A stretch of 64,000 nucleotides of DNA from Eledone cirrhosa (Eukaryota), in assembly GCA_964016885.1 (NCBI GenBank), contig OZ024741.1, forward strand, positions 184,946,001 to 185,010,000, in the 5' to 3' direction. Of the stretch, positions 1-14,513 are shown in pieces (the first letter of the stretch is position 1; each line of letters opens with the position of its first letter). The translations under genes were made by a program, and so were the position numbers. The notes beneath the pieces were generated by a model. It was not told the origin of the DNA, made no database searches, and saw only the letters and a program-made list of their open reading frames with translations.

Positions 1-277
1 TGACATCGATGGCATTATGCATAGGTGACTGCAGGTCTTCCACAAAGCACTTAGCCTAGGCTTGTGTCTCAGGGGGAATTCCTAGGTGTAAAACACCTGA
101 TTATCCGTGAGACAAGGGTGTTACATATATATATGCATGTGTGTGTGAATGTACGCATGTATAGAAATATATATATATATATCCAAAATTAAGATAATCA
201 AAATGATGGGTGTCATGCCAGAAAGACATGCCCCATATCACCCGCAAAATAGGCTCTAAGATTCTAACGAATAGGTC

Positions 278-998
<721 letters not shown>

Positions 999-1110
999 TA
1001 AGAGGAATTCCAACTTTGTCTGATTTACTCGTTTTATTTACAATCCTTTAAAATATATAATGGTATTATAATGAAATAGTATGATAGAATATTACATTCT
1101 AAGTGTTAAT

Positions 1111-1149
1111 TGAACAAGTACTTTCATGCTTTCGCAATCTTCAGGTTCA
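1111..1149 (-). ncRNA. Minimal hammerhead ribozyme in the Penelope 3' pLTR
   Basis: tgaac-CTGAAGA-tgc(gaaa)gca-GAAA-gtac-TT-gttca; perfect 5-bp stem I, palindromic GTAC stem III. Confidence 0.75.
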
Positions 1150-1458
1150 TAATATGTGGTGACAGTCGAGTTTGCAATTTTCAACTGTAATGAGATGGGT
1201 AAATTTCCTACCGTTAATACATTTTATACAGAGAAAAGTGGCTCCAGAATGCTAAGCCCTGTAAACTGTATTTCGACCAATCAGTGTGTAGTTTCATTGA
1301 ATTACTAAAGCTGATTGGTTTAAGCGTCACGGCTGGTTGAGCATGCTAACGACCAATGATCATATCCAAAGCATCAATTGTTTTGCTATTTTTAGAAATG
1401 ATGAAAATAGCATTTTCTATTAATCATCACCATCAACATCACTTTTATTATTATTATT

Positions 1459-1491
<33 letters not shown>

Positions 1492-1538
1492 AGTGGTCGT
1501 GGTCATAGTGGTAGTAGAAGTAATGCCCCTAAGCGTTA

Positions 1539-3765
1539 TTATTGTTCGTTTAGCTTGGTTTTGAATTTATCAATAAAATTCTTTTCTTTGATTTTTCTCT
1601 TGATTTCACTTGGGGTGTGTAATTTGTAGAATGGGAATATTATAAATATTCCCTGACCACATGTTGCCAGGTGGCCGCTCAGGGGTATCTGACGGACATT
1701 TGGGTCTCTGATTTGTTGACGGTGTACCCGTGCACGTTCCGATAGTGCATTTCCAGTTTGACCGACATATAGTTCTTCACAATTCGGGCATTTAATGCAG
1801 TAAATTAGATTTCTGCTTTTGCAGTTCATATTTGCATTTGGGAATATTTTTCCAGTTTTTGTTTTCATATATTGACCGGCGTGTATGGATTGACATGTGC
1901 CGCGTCGACTATCATTGCATTTAGATACAGTGAATGATTGGTCTTTGTTGTTAAGGTCAAACTTTGCTTTTGTTAGTAATTGCTTCAAATTTTTTGGCTG
2001 TCTTTTACTAAGAGTCAAAGATCGATCTGTGATTAAGCCTTTTAATTCATTACTTTGAGCAATGATCGGTAGGTTTGCTTTGGCAGTGTTGAAGATATTC
2101 TGGTAATATGGGTTGTGTGTCATTATAAATGGTATGACCAGTTCTTGGTTTCTTCTTCCTTGGGTTGTTCTAAGTTGTTGTATAGGTATTTTTATAGCCC
2201 GCTCTATGCCATTTTCTATAAGTAGAGATGGGTATTTTTGTTTGAGCAAAAATTCTTTTAGTTCTGTTAGGCGTTTGTACCTGGTATTCGTATCTTCTAC
2301 AATGGTACAAATTCTTCTGGCTAGGCAGTATGGGATGTAGCGTTTTGTATGAGGTGGATGGCACGACTTAAAATTCAGATATTGATGGGTGTCTGTGTGT
2401 TTATAATATATATCCGTGGTAATGGTGGTGTCGTTTTTGATTATCATTATATCTAGGAATGGTAATTTGGTCCTACTCATCTCTTTTGTGAATTGGAGAG
2501 ATGGGTGTAGGTTATTCAGGAGGATATTGAACTCATCCAGAGTATCTAGAGATTCTGTCCAGATGATGAAACAGTCGTCAAGGTATCTCTTCCAAGATTT
2601 TTCAATGTACTTTCTAAAGTCAGTACTATATTTTTCCTGTATTTCTTGGTAGAGTTGTTGTTCTAAGTATCCCATTACAGAGTTCGCGTAAACGGGAGCA
2701 AACTTCGTTCCCATCGCTGTGCCTCTAATTTGGATGTAATTCTTTCCATTGAAGAAGAAAGTGTTGTTTTCCAGAATAAGTTTAACTGCGTCTAATATAA
2801 ATGGCGCTGTGAATCTAATGGGAATCACTTCTCTATGTTTTTCCACCCAGTATTTAACCGCCTTTATTCCTAAATCATGTGTAATGTTGGTGTAAAGGCT
2901 TACCACATCAAAACTGAGTAGAAGTGAATTCGTTTCCGTGGTTTTGGGAAGATGGGACAGGAAGTCGATATCATCCCGGATGAAACTGGGTATGTGAATA
3001 CATAGTGGTTTCAAAATAATGTCAACAAAATTGCTTAGACGGTGGGTGGGGTATGTTGGACCAGCTATAATAGGTCTAAGTTTTAAGTCTTTTGGGTGTA
3101 ATAATTTAATGTACTCACTGTTTTATTCTCTTACTGCCAGTTGTATTTCTTTTGACTTATGAACTTTCGGTAGGCCATACAGGTTGCTGGGTTTCGGCTC
3201 AAAATTGGTGATGTAGTCTCTTTCCTTATCAGTAAATGAGTTGTGGTATTTTGAAGCCAGATTGTTGATCTTCTTCATGATGTTGTGGTCTATATTTGAC
3301 GGTATTTCATGATAGAATGTTGTGTCTTTCAGTTGTTCCTCAACCAAATCCTTGTAGTATTCAGTATCCATTATAACAACTGCACCCCCTTTATCTGCTT
3401 GTTTAATTATTATTGTTTTATCATTTTGTATACGTTTAAGTGCAGACATTTCTGATTTGTTAATGTTTGGCCTAACATTAGTATTATGTCTAAGAGGAAA
3501 TTTAGACAGGATGTCAATGTATTGGTCGAGATAGATATTTCTTCCTTTTGGCGGAGTGAAATTTGATTTATTCTTTACTAGTGATTCATCACTCTCATTA
3601 TTTTTATCAGCGAAGAATTCTACAAGACGTAATTTTCGACAGAATTCTTGGGTATCCTCCTTCAGTTCTTGGTGGTTGACTGTTGGAGTCGGTGTGAATT
3701 TCAGTCCTTTTGACAGAATTTGCATTTCATCATTGTCAAGATCTCTTTTAGATAAATTAATTATA
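1539..3765 (-). pseudogene. Penelope RT / GIY-YIG endonuclease polyprotein with a single in-frame stop at 3123-3125
   Basis: ORFs 3123-3725 and 1539-3014 are in the same frame; motifs NLS..LSKGLKF, KQADKGG, YGLPKVHK, LRPII, FDVVSLYTNI, GTAMG, YLDD, Cys linker, NLIYCIKC..LYVGQT. Confidence 0.92.
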
Positions 3766-3854
3766 AATCAGACAAAGTTGGAATTCCTCTTATTAATATA
3801 ATCTTCTATACACAATCCTACACACCCGTGTATATTTACCTATCTATATCTATC

Positions 3855-3964
<110 letters not shown>

Positions 3965-4100
3965 ATGTTTACATGCCAACCCAAGTGCGAGAATGAGGGA
4001 TTCATTCTACTGACATGGCTTTAAAAATAAGGCTTGTTTTCATAATTGCAAACGAATAGAATGTTATTATTAATTTTCGAAAAATTCAGGTTACAATTAT

Positions 4101-4144
<44 letters not shown>

Positions 4145-4149
<5 letters not shown>

Positions 4150-4322
4150 GTTTCTACTTTTGGCACAAGGCCAGCAATTATTCCAGTGTATTACAGGTAC
4201 TTTATTTTATCGAGCCCGTAAGGATGAATGGCAAAGTTAATCTCGGCGGGATTTGAACTCAGATCATAAAGGGCCGTAACTCTTGGCTGCAAACATGGCG
4301 TCCAACCCTCTACTGCCATTCC
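4145..4322 (-). mobile_element. tRNA-derived SINE family A (Meta-domain-like core)
   Basis: B box GAGTTCAAATCCC and core gcctttcatccttacggggtcgataaaataaagtacc shared with about 11 other copies in the window. Confidence 0.8.
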
Positions 4323-4514
4323 ATATAATAATAATAATACTATTTATAGTTATGTTTATACTATAAACAACTATAAACAGGAAAGGTCAGTAATTTCTTA
4401 ATTACCTTATTACCAGTAAGAGAAATAGCTCAATGTAAGAACATCAGTTGTTTTACAGAGCAGGAAAATAAATAAATTAGACAATTATCAAAGTTGTGTT
4501 CAAATCATTTAATA

Positions 4515-4559
4515 GCTGACAGTCGTTTCTTCCAAACTCTCGTTTGGAATCATCGGAGC
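4515..4559 (-). ncRNA. Hammerhead motif with CCGAUGA core (other copies 6615-6658 +, 10091-10135 -)
   Basis: gct-CCGATGA-ttccaaac(gaga)gtttggaa-GAAAC-gact-GTC-agc. Confidence 0.6.
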
Positions 4560-5362
4560 ATTATCAATGTTTGTACATGTAATTAACCTCCTATTCAACT
4601 GAACAATAATATAGATACATATATATTGATGTTGCGAACAACAGTTTCGTATTTACAGGGTGGAATGGATGTGACATATTTTACGAGAATTGTACAAAAA
4701 TTCAAATTCAAATTAAAAGCACAGAGTGGAATACATGCAACAGATAATACAAGAGAATAGTCTAATAATTAAAGAGGCATTGAGAAATGAGCTTTGAGAA
4801 AGAAAGAGTACATTAGCAATACATATGTAGGCGTGTAGAAAGTGCACATGCGTTAGTCATATATATAAGAGGGAAATAATCAAAGTTATTATGCATATAT
4901 AAATAAATAAATACTGTATTTTAAGCAAATATGTTAATGTATTAAAATCTATGGAGGATGTAGTATGTTGATAGTGTTTGAATTTGTGTGTGTTGAGAAA
5001 AACAAAATTATTGCAGTATTTTCCATTACATATGTTGAATTATATTTTAGTTAATGTTTCTATTGAATGTTTTATGTTAGTTAAAGCAATGGATTGTAAA
5101 TTAGTTAGTATATAACAATGTCAGGTTTGAATTCCCCACCACCATTAACACTTCACATCTAGGACTTATCAGCCCCCACAGCTACACACTCTTTGATAAG
5201 CTCTTTCCTCTACACAACTCCTATGTATCTCTAACCTTATACTCTGCAATAACTGTTAGAATTAAACATAATTAAACACCTTTTGATATAACTACTATAG
5301 CTTAATTATATTATATACAGTAATGGATATTTAATATGTAGAGACATTTAATGTAATATGTA

Positions 5363-5546
5363 ATAATTGTTTCTACTTTAGGCACAATGCCAGCAATTGC
5401 CCAGTGCATTACTTGTACTTTATTTTATCGACCCCGTAAGGCAAAGTCAACCTCGGCGGGATTTGAACTCAGATCGTAAAGGGACGTAACTATGCTGGAA
5501 AGCATGGCGTCCGACTCTCTACCGATACTGCCAATCCACCGCCCTG
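5363..5546 (-). mobile_element. SINE family A, near full length, with TSD
   Basis: A box TGGCAGTATCGG, B box; TSD atgtaatatgtaataat (5351-5367 / 5548-5564). Confidence 0.85.
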
Positions 5547-6705
5547 TATGTAATATGTAATAATAAACTATATATACATTTATAATTATATAATTAAATA
5601 TTTAAATTAATAACATGTATATAAGGGATCTATCTTTAATACAATATAATAATGATAAAGTATATATACATTTATAATTAAATATATAATGTAATAGCAT
5701 TGTATATAAGGGATTAACTTTTAAAACAATAATGTAGATTATTACACAAATGATATATCTATTTGGACATATAAATAGCTATGCAATTTTCCATAACATA
5801 TCTTGTCCAGTAATGATTAGACAACAATCTAAAGGGACCTTTAATGTATTATAGGAAAATACACTGTATTTAAAATCGAGTATAAATATATAGAATTATG
5901 TAATAGAGATTCAATTGTATCACATTATAATGTGTATTAGAGCAAAGAATTTAAATAACTGAATTTTATTAGCTAGTTACCTCCACTTACGCATTAGCTC
6001 CCCTTACTCACTTCCGGAAATTAGCCGTTGGAAAATCTACCTGTTGAACAACTATAGTCCATGAATAAGAATAAAATAAGACTAATTTATAATCCATTGC
6101 TTTAACTAACTTAAAACATTCAATATAAACATTAACTAAAATATAATTCAACATATGTAATGGAAAAGACTGCAGTAACTTTGTTTTTCTCAACACACAC
6201 AAATTCGAACAATATCAACATATTACATCCACCATAGATTTTAATACATTAACATATTTGCTTAACATACAGTATTTATTTATCTATATATGCATAATAT
6301 CTTTGATTATTTCCTTCTCATATATATGACTAACGCCTGTGCACTTTCTACACGCCTGCATATGTACTGCTAATGTACTATTCCTCTCTCAATGACTCTT
6401 TAACTATTAGACTATTCTCTTGTATTACCTGTTGCATGTATTCCACTCCGTGCTTTTAATTTGAATTTGAATTTTTGTACAAATCTCGTAAAATATATGT
6501 CACATCCATTCCACCCTGTAAATACGAAACTGTTGCTCACAACATCAATATATATGTATCTATGTTATTGTTCAGTTGAATAGGAGGCTAATTATATGTA
6601 CAAACATTGATAATGCTCCGATGATTCCAAACGTGAGTTTGGAAAAACGACTGTCAGCTATTTGAACACAACTTTGATAATTGTCTAGTTTATATATATA
6701 TATAT

Positions 6706-6902
6706 ATAGGAACGAGTAGGACCCCAACGGCTGAGCTGAAGCCGTTTCGACGGCTAATGCCGAGTCCAGAATTAGCCGTCGAAACGGCTTGAGCTCAGCC
6801 GTCGGGGTCCTACTCGTTCCTTTTACCCACTCTACTACCCTAAGTATTGAGTACTTTGGTGCGTTATGGTCCACCTGGTTCCTTACCACATTTCCTTCGT
6901 TA
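6706..6902 (+). mobile_element. ~190-bp TA-flanked hairpin-plus-tail element (family H190)
   Basis: Inverted arms taggaacgagtaggacccc...ggggtcctactcgttcc plus ~80-bp tail; near-identical copies at 20078-20267 and 50519-50712. Confidence 0.8.
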
Positions 6903-6967
6903 TATATATATATATATATGTGTATGTATGTATATATACATACATATATATATATAGACACACACAC

Positions 6968-7051
<84 letters not shown>

Positions 7052-7649
7052 ATTAAAATAAAGTAAAAGAATTAAATTTTATGCAAATAATCGCTGCTAA
7101 GAAGATCCCGTTGAGGGTAAAGCAGCGATTATTTGCTTAAACTTTAATCTGTTATTTGCTCTAGGTTCTTATATAGTTGATATATATTTATCCATATCGA
7201 GCCCTCTTTGGATTTTAGTCTTCACATTTATTATTATTACTTTATATATATTATTATTACTATATATATATTTATTATTACTATATATATATATTTTATT
7301 ATTACTATACAGTTATTTTTATTACTATATATATATTGTTACTCTTTTCTGTGCATTTACTGTGTAATCTATGATAAGTATCTCATAACATATGGTAATA
7401 TGAGTCTTATTCCTCTTTTAATGAATATATTACATTGATATATATATCACAAGCATTTAGGAGCGGGGTATTGTTTCTTGAATAGATATATTTTCCATTA
7501 TATTCCTATCAATATGAGCTATTCAGAAATCAAATAAATTTGGGTTTCCTTATACAATATTTACTGTGAAAGTTGGAAAGATGTATAGATATTATAGTTC
7601 ACCACTGGAATAAACAACTGTGAGAAAGGGAAAGTGATCGTTATAGGTT

Positions 7650-8940
7650 TCACAATTAAAAAGTAAGTTTATCAGATGTGTCAACTTTATCTGACTTCGT
7701 ATATTTAATTAGGATGCTCGAATCTTTCGGCGTTTTAGTGCACAATAAATATTCCGGTATTTCTGTAAATCGTTTCTGGTGTTCAGTACTGTAGTCTTGT
7801 CTGTTGCGCACAATTGTCAAAGTGCTATTTGTTTATAATTTGATTTTATGTTATAACTAACGATGTGTTCTTTAGCCATAAAAATAACTAATCTATATTG
7901 TTGATGAATTCTTGGTGTAGAATCTGAAGGAATCAGAGCGGTTTATTTATGATTGTTTAAATCTTCCTTCTACCATTCCGATGTAGATGATGATAACAAT
8001 ATTTCGATTTTTGTTGGAGTTAAATATCCGTATTTCTGCTGGGTACTTTTTAACTGTAGTACGCTTTTGTTAGTGTGTTATATTTCTCATGTATTGAGTG
8101 CTCAGCTTCTGTTAAATAAGTAAGCAACTTTTGTTAAATATATTCCTAATGTTAAATATATTCCTAATGAAGGGAGAATTCATATTAAATCTGTGCTGCT
8201 GCAAGACTTATTTTGTGATACTTCTGTTGATATTGTTAATTATATCCTAAATCCCGGCTTAAAATACTTAATAGAAACACTTGCTGCACTGTCTGAGGTG
8301 TTTAATAATATAGTGATGGGGACGTTGGCAGCATCTAAATGGTCTACTGAGAGGAAAGCCATTTTTATCCACAGGGCTAATTAAACATTAAACCGTAAAA
8401 ACTACAGAACCATAGCACGCTGCATAGAACTTACAACAAACTAGCTATAATACCAATGTCGGGAATAAACATCTGGAAAATATTAACCTGTTTTCAGATG
8501 AACAAGGATCAATTATGAAGAAAACTAAAATTGAGAATTACAGGAGTGCCTAAGCATGGCCTGGATTGAATAAGTTTCCCACAAATGGATAATGGAAACA
8601 TAAGGTAGCCCTATAATAAACAACATTATTCAGCATGCCATCAGTATATGACAAACTATTTTATAGATAGAGATAAAGATGGATTATAAATGATAACCAG
8701 CCATATACATTCTAAAGACGAATTGTCAGAGGAACGCTCTTTGTTCACCTCTTTTCTGGTTGGAGTTAATACCTTTCCCAGATGTGTTGAATTGTTTAAT
8801 GCTTTCCATATGCTATTCGTGAAGAATCAAACATCTTTTCTATATGCATAACCTCAAATAATATGCTGTAGATTATAAGAACTATAAAATATGCTGGAAT
8901 TATTCCACGGTTTCATCAAATAGATTAATGTGATTATGAG
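7650..8940 (-). pseudogene. Highly degraded Penelope-like thumb / GIY-YIG remnant
   Basis: Minus-strand translation gives IIYIGMVEGRFKQ..N...SF (~7925-7995) and FDSSRIAYGKALNNS (~8790-8835); many stops and frameshifts. Confidence 0.4.
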
Positions 8941-9112
8941 ATAATCAGGGTAAAACACACATGAATGAAAGATACGCCTGTGTCGTAATATTGTAGATAT
9001 ATGAGATTAATAGCTTAACCACAGTTATATTTCTAACATGACCAACGTACGAAGCAAGATTTTCGGATTTTAGGTTTTTGAAGCGTTGAGAATATATGTG
9101 TGTGTGTATAGG

Positions 9113-9200
<88 letters not shown>

Positions 9201-9276
9201 TTATATATATACACATATATATATATATATACTTATATATATACACATATATATATACATATACACATATATATAT

Positions 9277-9337
<61 letters not shown>

Positions 9338-9431
9338 CATACATATATATACACATATATATATATATAAATATATATATATATATGTGTGTATGTGTGT
9401 GTGTGTTTGTGCGCGCGTGTGTGTGTATAAG

Positions 9432-9854
9432 TATAAAGAAAGTGCTCAAGCATAGAAATGCTATAAACATACATTATAAAATCGGATGACGATCCTTAAT
9501 AGACGTGAAAATAAGTTGCCATCGGCCACTATGAGGAATTGAACACCATATCATCCAGATACGGGCTAGACGATTTAACCTTTAAGCTAAAGAGACATGA
9601 AAAGTCCCTTCTTGTCATTTTAACTAGATAACTGGACAACAGCTTTCAGATGTCAGTAGGCAGTCAGAGAAACTAACAGAAAGACATCCGTATGTAAATG
9701 GCTCCTTAACTTAAAGCTGAAAAGTTCTAGCAGGAATCTGGAAGATACTGGGTTCAATTCCATATATGGGCCGAAGGCAAATTCTTCAGTCTTTTAAGAT
9801 TCTTCACCCTATTTTATAAGTTATCTTTATAGTATTTCTGCGCTTGAGTACTTT

Positions 9855-9861
<7 letters not shown>
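9432..9861. mobile_element. MITE-like palindromic element with long imperfect TIRs, each containing a tRNA-like head
   Basis: tataaagaaagtgctcaagc / gcttgagtactttctttata termini; A/B-box-like sequences at 9524-9596 (-) and 9700-9772 (+). Confidence 0.65.
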
Positions 9862-9912
<51 letters not shown>

Positions 9913-9916
<4 letters not shown>

Positions 9917-10734
9917 CTATTTATAGTTATGTATATATTATAAACAACTATAAATAGGAAGGTCATTAATTTCTTAATTACCTGATTACCAGTAAGAGAA
10001 ATAGCTCAATGTATGAACATCAGTTGTTTTACAGAGCAGTTAAATAAATAAATTATACAATTATCAAAGTTGTGTTCAAATCATTTAATAGCTGACAATC
10101 GTTTCTTCCAAACTCTCGTTTGGGATCATCGGAGCAGTATTAATGTTTGCACATATAATTACCCTCCTATTCAACTGAACAATGATATAGATACATATAA
10201 ATTGATGTTGTGAGCAACAGTTTCGTATTTACAGGGTGGAATGGATGTGACATATATTTTACGAGAATTGTACAATAATTGTACAAACATTCAAGTTCAA
10301 ATTCAAATCAAAATTAAAATTAATATCAAAAGCACGGAGTGGAATACATGCAACAGTTAAAACAAGGGAATAGTCTAAATATTAAAGAGGCGTTGAGGAA
10401 GCAGTTTTGAGAAAGGAAGAGTGCGATAACAAATCATATGCAGGCGTGTGGATAGTGTGACTGCGTAAGTCATATAATGAGAAGGAGACAAGCTATTATG
10501 TATATATAGATGGATAAATACTGCAGTTGAGGGATATATGTTAATGTATTAGAGTCTATGGTGGATGTTGAATGTTGATGGTGTTCGAATTAATGTGTGT
10601 TGAGAAACATACAGTTTTTGCAGACTTTTCCATGACATATGTTGAATTAAATTTTAGTTAATTCAAGAACGAGAGTTTGGAAGAAACGATTGTCAGCTAT
10701 TAAATGATTTGAACACAACTTTGATAATTGTATA

Positions 10735-10742
<8 letters not shown>
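9913..10742 (-). mobile_element. Second copy of the CCGAUGA-HHR fold-back family, with a short inverted arm (~10666-10742)
   Basis: Aligns with 4335-5060; TA arrays on both sides. Confidence 0.75.
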
Positions 10743-10766
<24 letters not shown>

Positions 10767-11258
10767 TAAAATAAGTTAATAGGTAACTATATTCTATCTC
10801 TACTAGTAATATTTTTTAATGTATAAAATACCCTTATATGGAAGCTAAATGAACTAGTAAAACGAGACAGAAAACACAAGAAATAATAGATTACAACAAC
10901 CAAAATATGACATGGGAAAACATTTAACTGAATACAGACGTAGTTGTTTTACGCAATTAGAACATTATCACAAAATATACACTGAAGGATCATAAGAACA
11001 TCTAGTAAAGAATAATTTAAAACACGAGCAAAAGAACAAATAGATTTCTGCCTTCAAGGAAGCGGACACATCCATAACCGGCTGAAATGATAGACATGTA
11101 TGGCTCCACAGAAATATTGAGTAAAATGTATGCCGCTGTTCAATGTTGAATTTATAAGGATTTAAATCTACTATTTGATACATTGCTTGAACAAAATGAA
11201 TATTTTGTTAGCCTACATTAAATACAGTACAACATTCTGAACCATATTATTTCCATGG

Positions 11259-11535
11259 GCAGGGGCCTAGTTTGCCTTAAAAATGTGAGGAGGACAAACC
11301 AACATTTGTTGATTCTTAAAGGAGCATAAATTGCTTATTGTGCCTTTCCCGGACCCTATCACATAAGTAAAATTTACGCTAATTAAATTTTAAATATTCA
11401 AATGAAATTCAGATGAAAAAAAAAAATAAGCTTAAAAAGAATTTATTATATCAAATAAACAAAAAATAAAGTATAGACGTTTGAAAAAGTGGGGGAGGGG
11501 GACTTGAACCCTGGTCCCCTGAAACACGGTCCTTG
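11259..11535. mobile_element. Possible small non-autonomous DNA element
   Basis: Imperfect termini caggggcc.. / ..ggtccttg; subterminal aaaa(a/t)gtg-ggagg..gac repeated, 3' hairpin gggga..tcccc. Confidence 0.3.
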
Positions 11536-12099
11536 TGCGTGGGTATAGCTCTTGAGATTAAATACATTATGAGACATGTTCCTATTTTTCTATTCCAACA
11601 ATTGTACACTGTTGAACATATATTTACTACGTCACACTCTTCACATCATCATAAGTAAGATGAAATCTATGATTCATTGACGAGATCAAATCGAGATGAA
11701 ATAAACCTAAATATTTTACATGCTTTCCGAAAGAATTACAATGTTATTAGTCAACGAATAAACTTGCTTTTTTCCTTCACCACATAAGATTTTCTCGTTT
11801 TCTAGTAAATATTGTATGGAATAAATATGGTACCAGTAACTTAACTGTTGTTTCTAAATATGGATGCCATCTAAGAGGAATGCATTCTCTGTATATTTGG
11901 ATGTGTCATATGTCTGCACGGTCAGACAATCATGGGGTATAACAACACAAAAACACAGCAGAAACATCAACAAAAACAACAATGACAACCAGAGTGACCC
12001 CTATGGCAACTCCAATAATAACATAAGTTTCAGTAGCAGGAGTGTTACCATAACAACACGTCCAAGAGCGACCGCCATACACACAACTAAAACGACAAC

Positions 12100-12227
12100 A
12101 ACGACGAAGACAACAACAACAACAACTACTGAAACAAGTCACGCAACAGCAGCAACAGTAACAAAGTTAACAACTACGACTACAACTACAAAAAAAGCCT
12201 CAGCTACTACTACTACTACTACTACTA

Positions 12228-12274
<47 letters not shown>

Positions 12275-12291
12275 TAACTACTACTACTACC

Positions 12292-12323
<32 letters not shown>

Positions 12324-12397
12324 CACTACTGCTACTATAACTACTACTAATACCACTACTGCTATTATAACTACTACTACTACTACTGCTACTATAT

Positions 12398-12460
<63 letters not shown>

Positions 12461-12594
12461 TTGCTGCTGCTACTGCTACTATAAGTACTACTACTACTAC
12501 TACTACTGCTACTATAACCACTACCACTACCACTACCACTACCACTACTACTACTACTACTATTACTACTAACACTACTACCACCACCACCACG

Positions 12595-12664
<70 letters not shown>

Positions 12665-12863
12665 ATACTACTACTACTATAGCTACTACTACTATTACTA
12701 CTACTACTATTACTACTACCACTACCACCAACACCACCACCACCACCACCACCACCACCACCACCACCACCACCACCACCACCACCACCACCACCACCAC
12801 CACCACAACCACTACTACTACTACTACTACTAGTACTGCTGCTACTATAGCTACTACTACTAT

Positions 12864-12923
<60 letters not shown>

Positions 12924-12940
12924 TACTACTACTACTACAA
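12100..12940. repeat. Compound (ACT)n/(ACC)n trinucleotide microsatellite
   Basis: Directly visible. Confidence 0.95.
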
Positions 12941-13118
12941 ATCCCCTACCAATGGTGTCACTTTTATTTAGGTCAAGGAAACACCCTCCATATTAAAAAT
13001 AACTAACAAAACAAGAGACAGAAAGAAGGATGAAAGTAAGGAGACGAAATGGGTGCCAGACCTCGGTGTGTGTGTGTGTATATATATATACACACACATG
13101 TATGTATATATATGTGTT

Positions 13119-13208
<90 letters not shown>

Positions 13209-13267
13209 CATGTGTATACACGCACATACATATATATATATATACATATATAATAAATATACGTATA

Positions 13268-13298
<31 letters not shown>

Positions 13299-13336
13299 TA
13301 TACATATTATATATTTCTATACGTATACATACACAC

Positions 13337-13367
<31 letters not shown>

Positions 13368-13422
13368 CATATATATACGTATGTAAATATATATATTTAT
13401 ATATATATATATATATGTATAC

Positions 13423-13603
<181 letters not shown>

Positions 13604-14513
13604 CATCTGTCTCTAGATGTCAGCAGTGTGTAAGTAGTTTGATATTCGGTTCCTGCTAAATGTAGTATAAAGACAAACAAACCATACAAAACCCAAAAGG
13701 TAAAGGTTGGAGGAAGAGAGAGAGAGAGGAAGGGGAAGAGAGGAAGAGAGAGAAGGAAGGCGCAATGTTTCTAGGTCAAGTTCAGCAACGCAGACAAACA
13801 CACAAGCGCACACAGGAATAAATAAATAAAGAAAAACTTTTAAATATGTAAATAAAAAATGTAGGGCAATCAAAACTTATTACAGCAGTTGTGCTGTTTT
13901 TGTTGTTGTTGATGATGATGATTTTGGTGGCGACATTGGCGATGGTGTTCTTGTAGAGGGTACTGTGGTGGCGTTGGTGATGAAGAGGTAGAGGGTACTG
14001 TTTGTCGTTGGTGTAGTGTTAGTGATGGTTGTGCTGGTAATGGTGGATGGGGTGCGGTACGTCGTTGGTAGTGATGGGTTGGAGGTGTTGGTTTTGGTAT
14101 TATTGGTATTACTGGTAGTCTCCGGTGATAATATTAATGTTGGTTGTGATGATGGTAAAGGTAGTGGTGGTAGTAGAGGTGATTGTCATGCTGATGTTGT
14201 TGTTGTTGTGGCTGTTAGGTATGTAGGTGGCCAGGCGGGTGTTTGTGGTGGTTGTGTTGTACGCTGGTGGAAGTGGCGATGGTGTTTTAGGTGATGTTGT
14301 TTACGATGGTGGTAACTGTAATTTGAGTAAGATGGTTGTGGGGTTTGTAGTGGTAGTATTAGTGGTGGTTGTTGCGATGATTATGATGTGGCGTGATGTT
14401 AGTGTAATTGGGATGTTTGTTGTCGTTATTGTTGTAGTGATGGATGTTGTGATGGTGATTGTAATGGCGGTGATGTTGAAATAGATTGTATTGTAATGGT
14501 GATAGTAACAAAA

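Larger units (their letters stand above)
4335..6692. mobile_element. Large fold-back non-coding element (arms ~4476-5106 / ~6080-6692, ~140-bp tail 4335-4475), HHR-bearing
   Basis: ~620-bp inverted arms; second family member at 9913-10742; right end abuts (TA)n. Confidence 0.7.

Noticed and set aside
11864-12277. Thr/Asn-rich 137-aa ORF as a mucin-like exon
   Set aside because: Grades into the ACT microsatellite; no domain or clear splice structure
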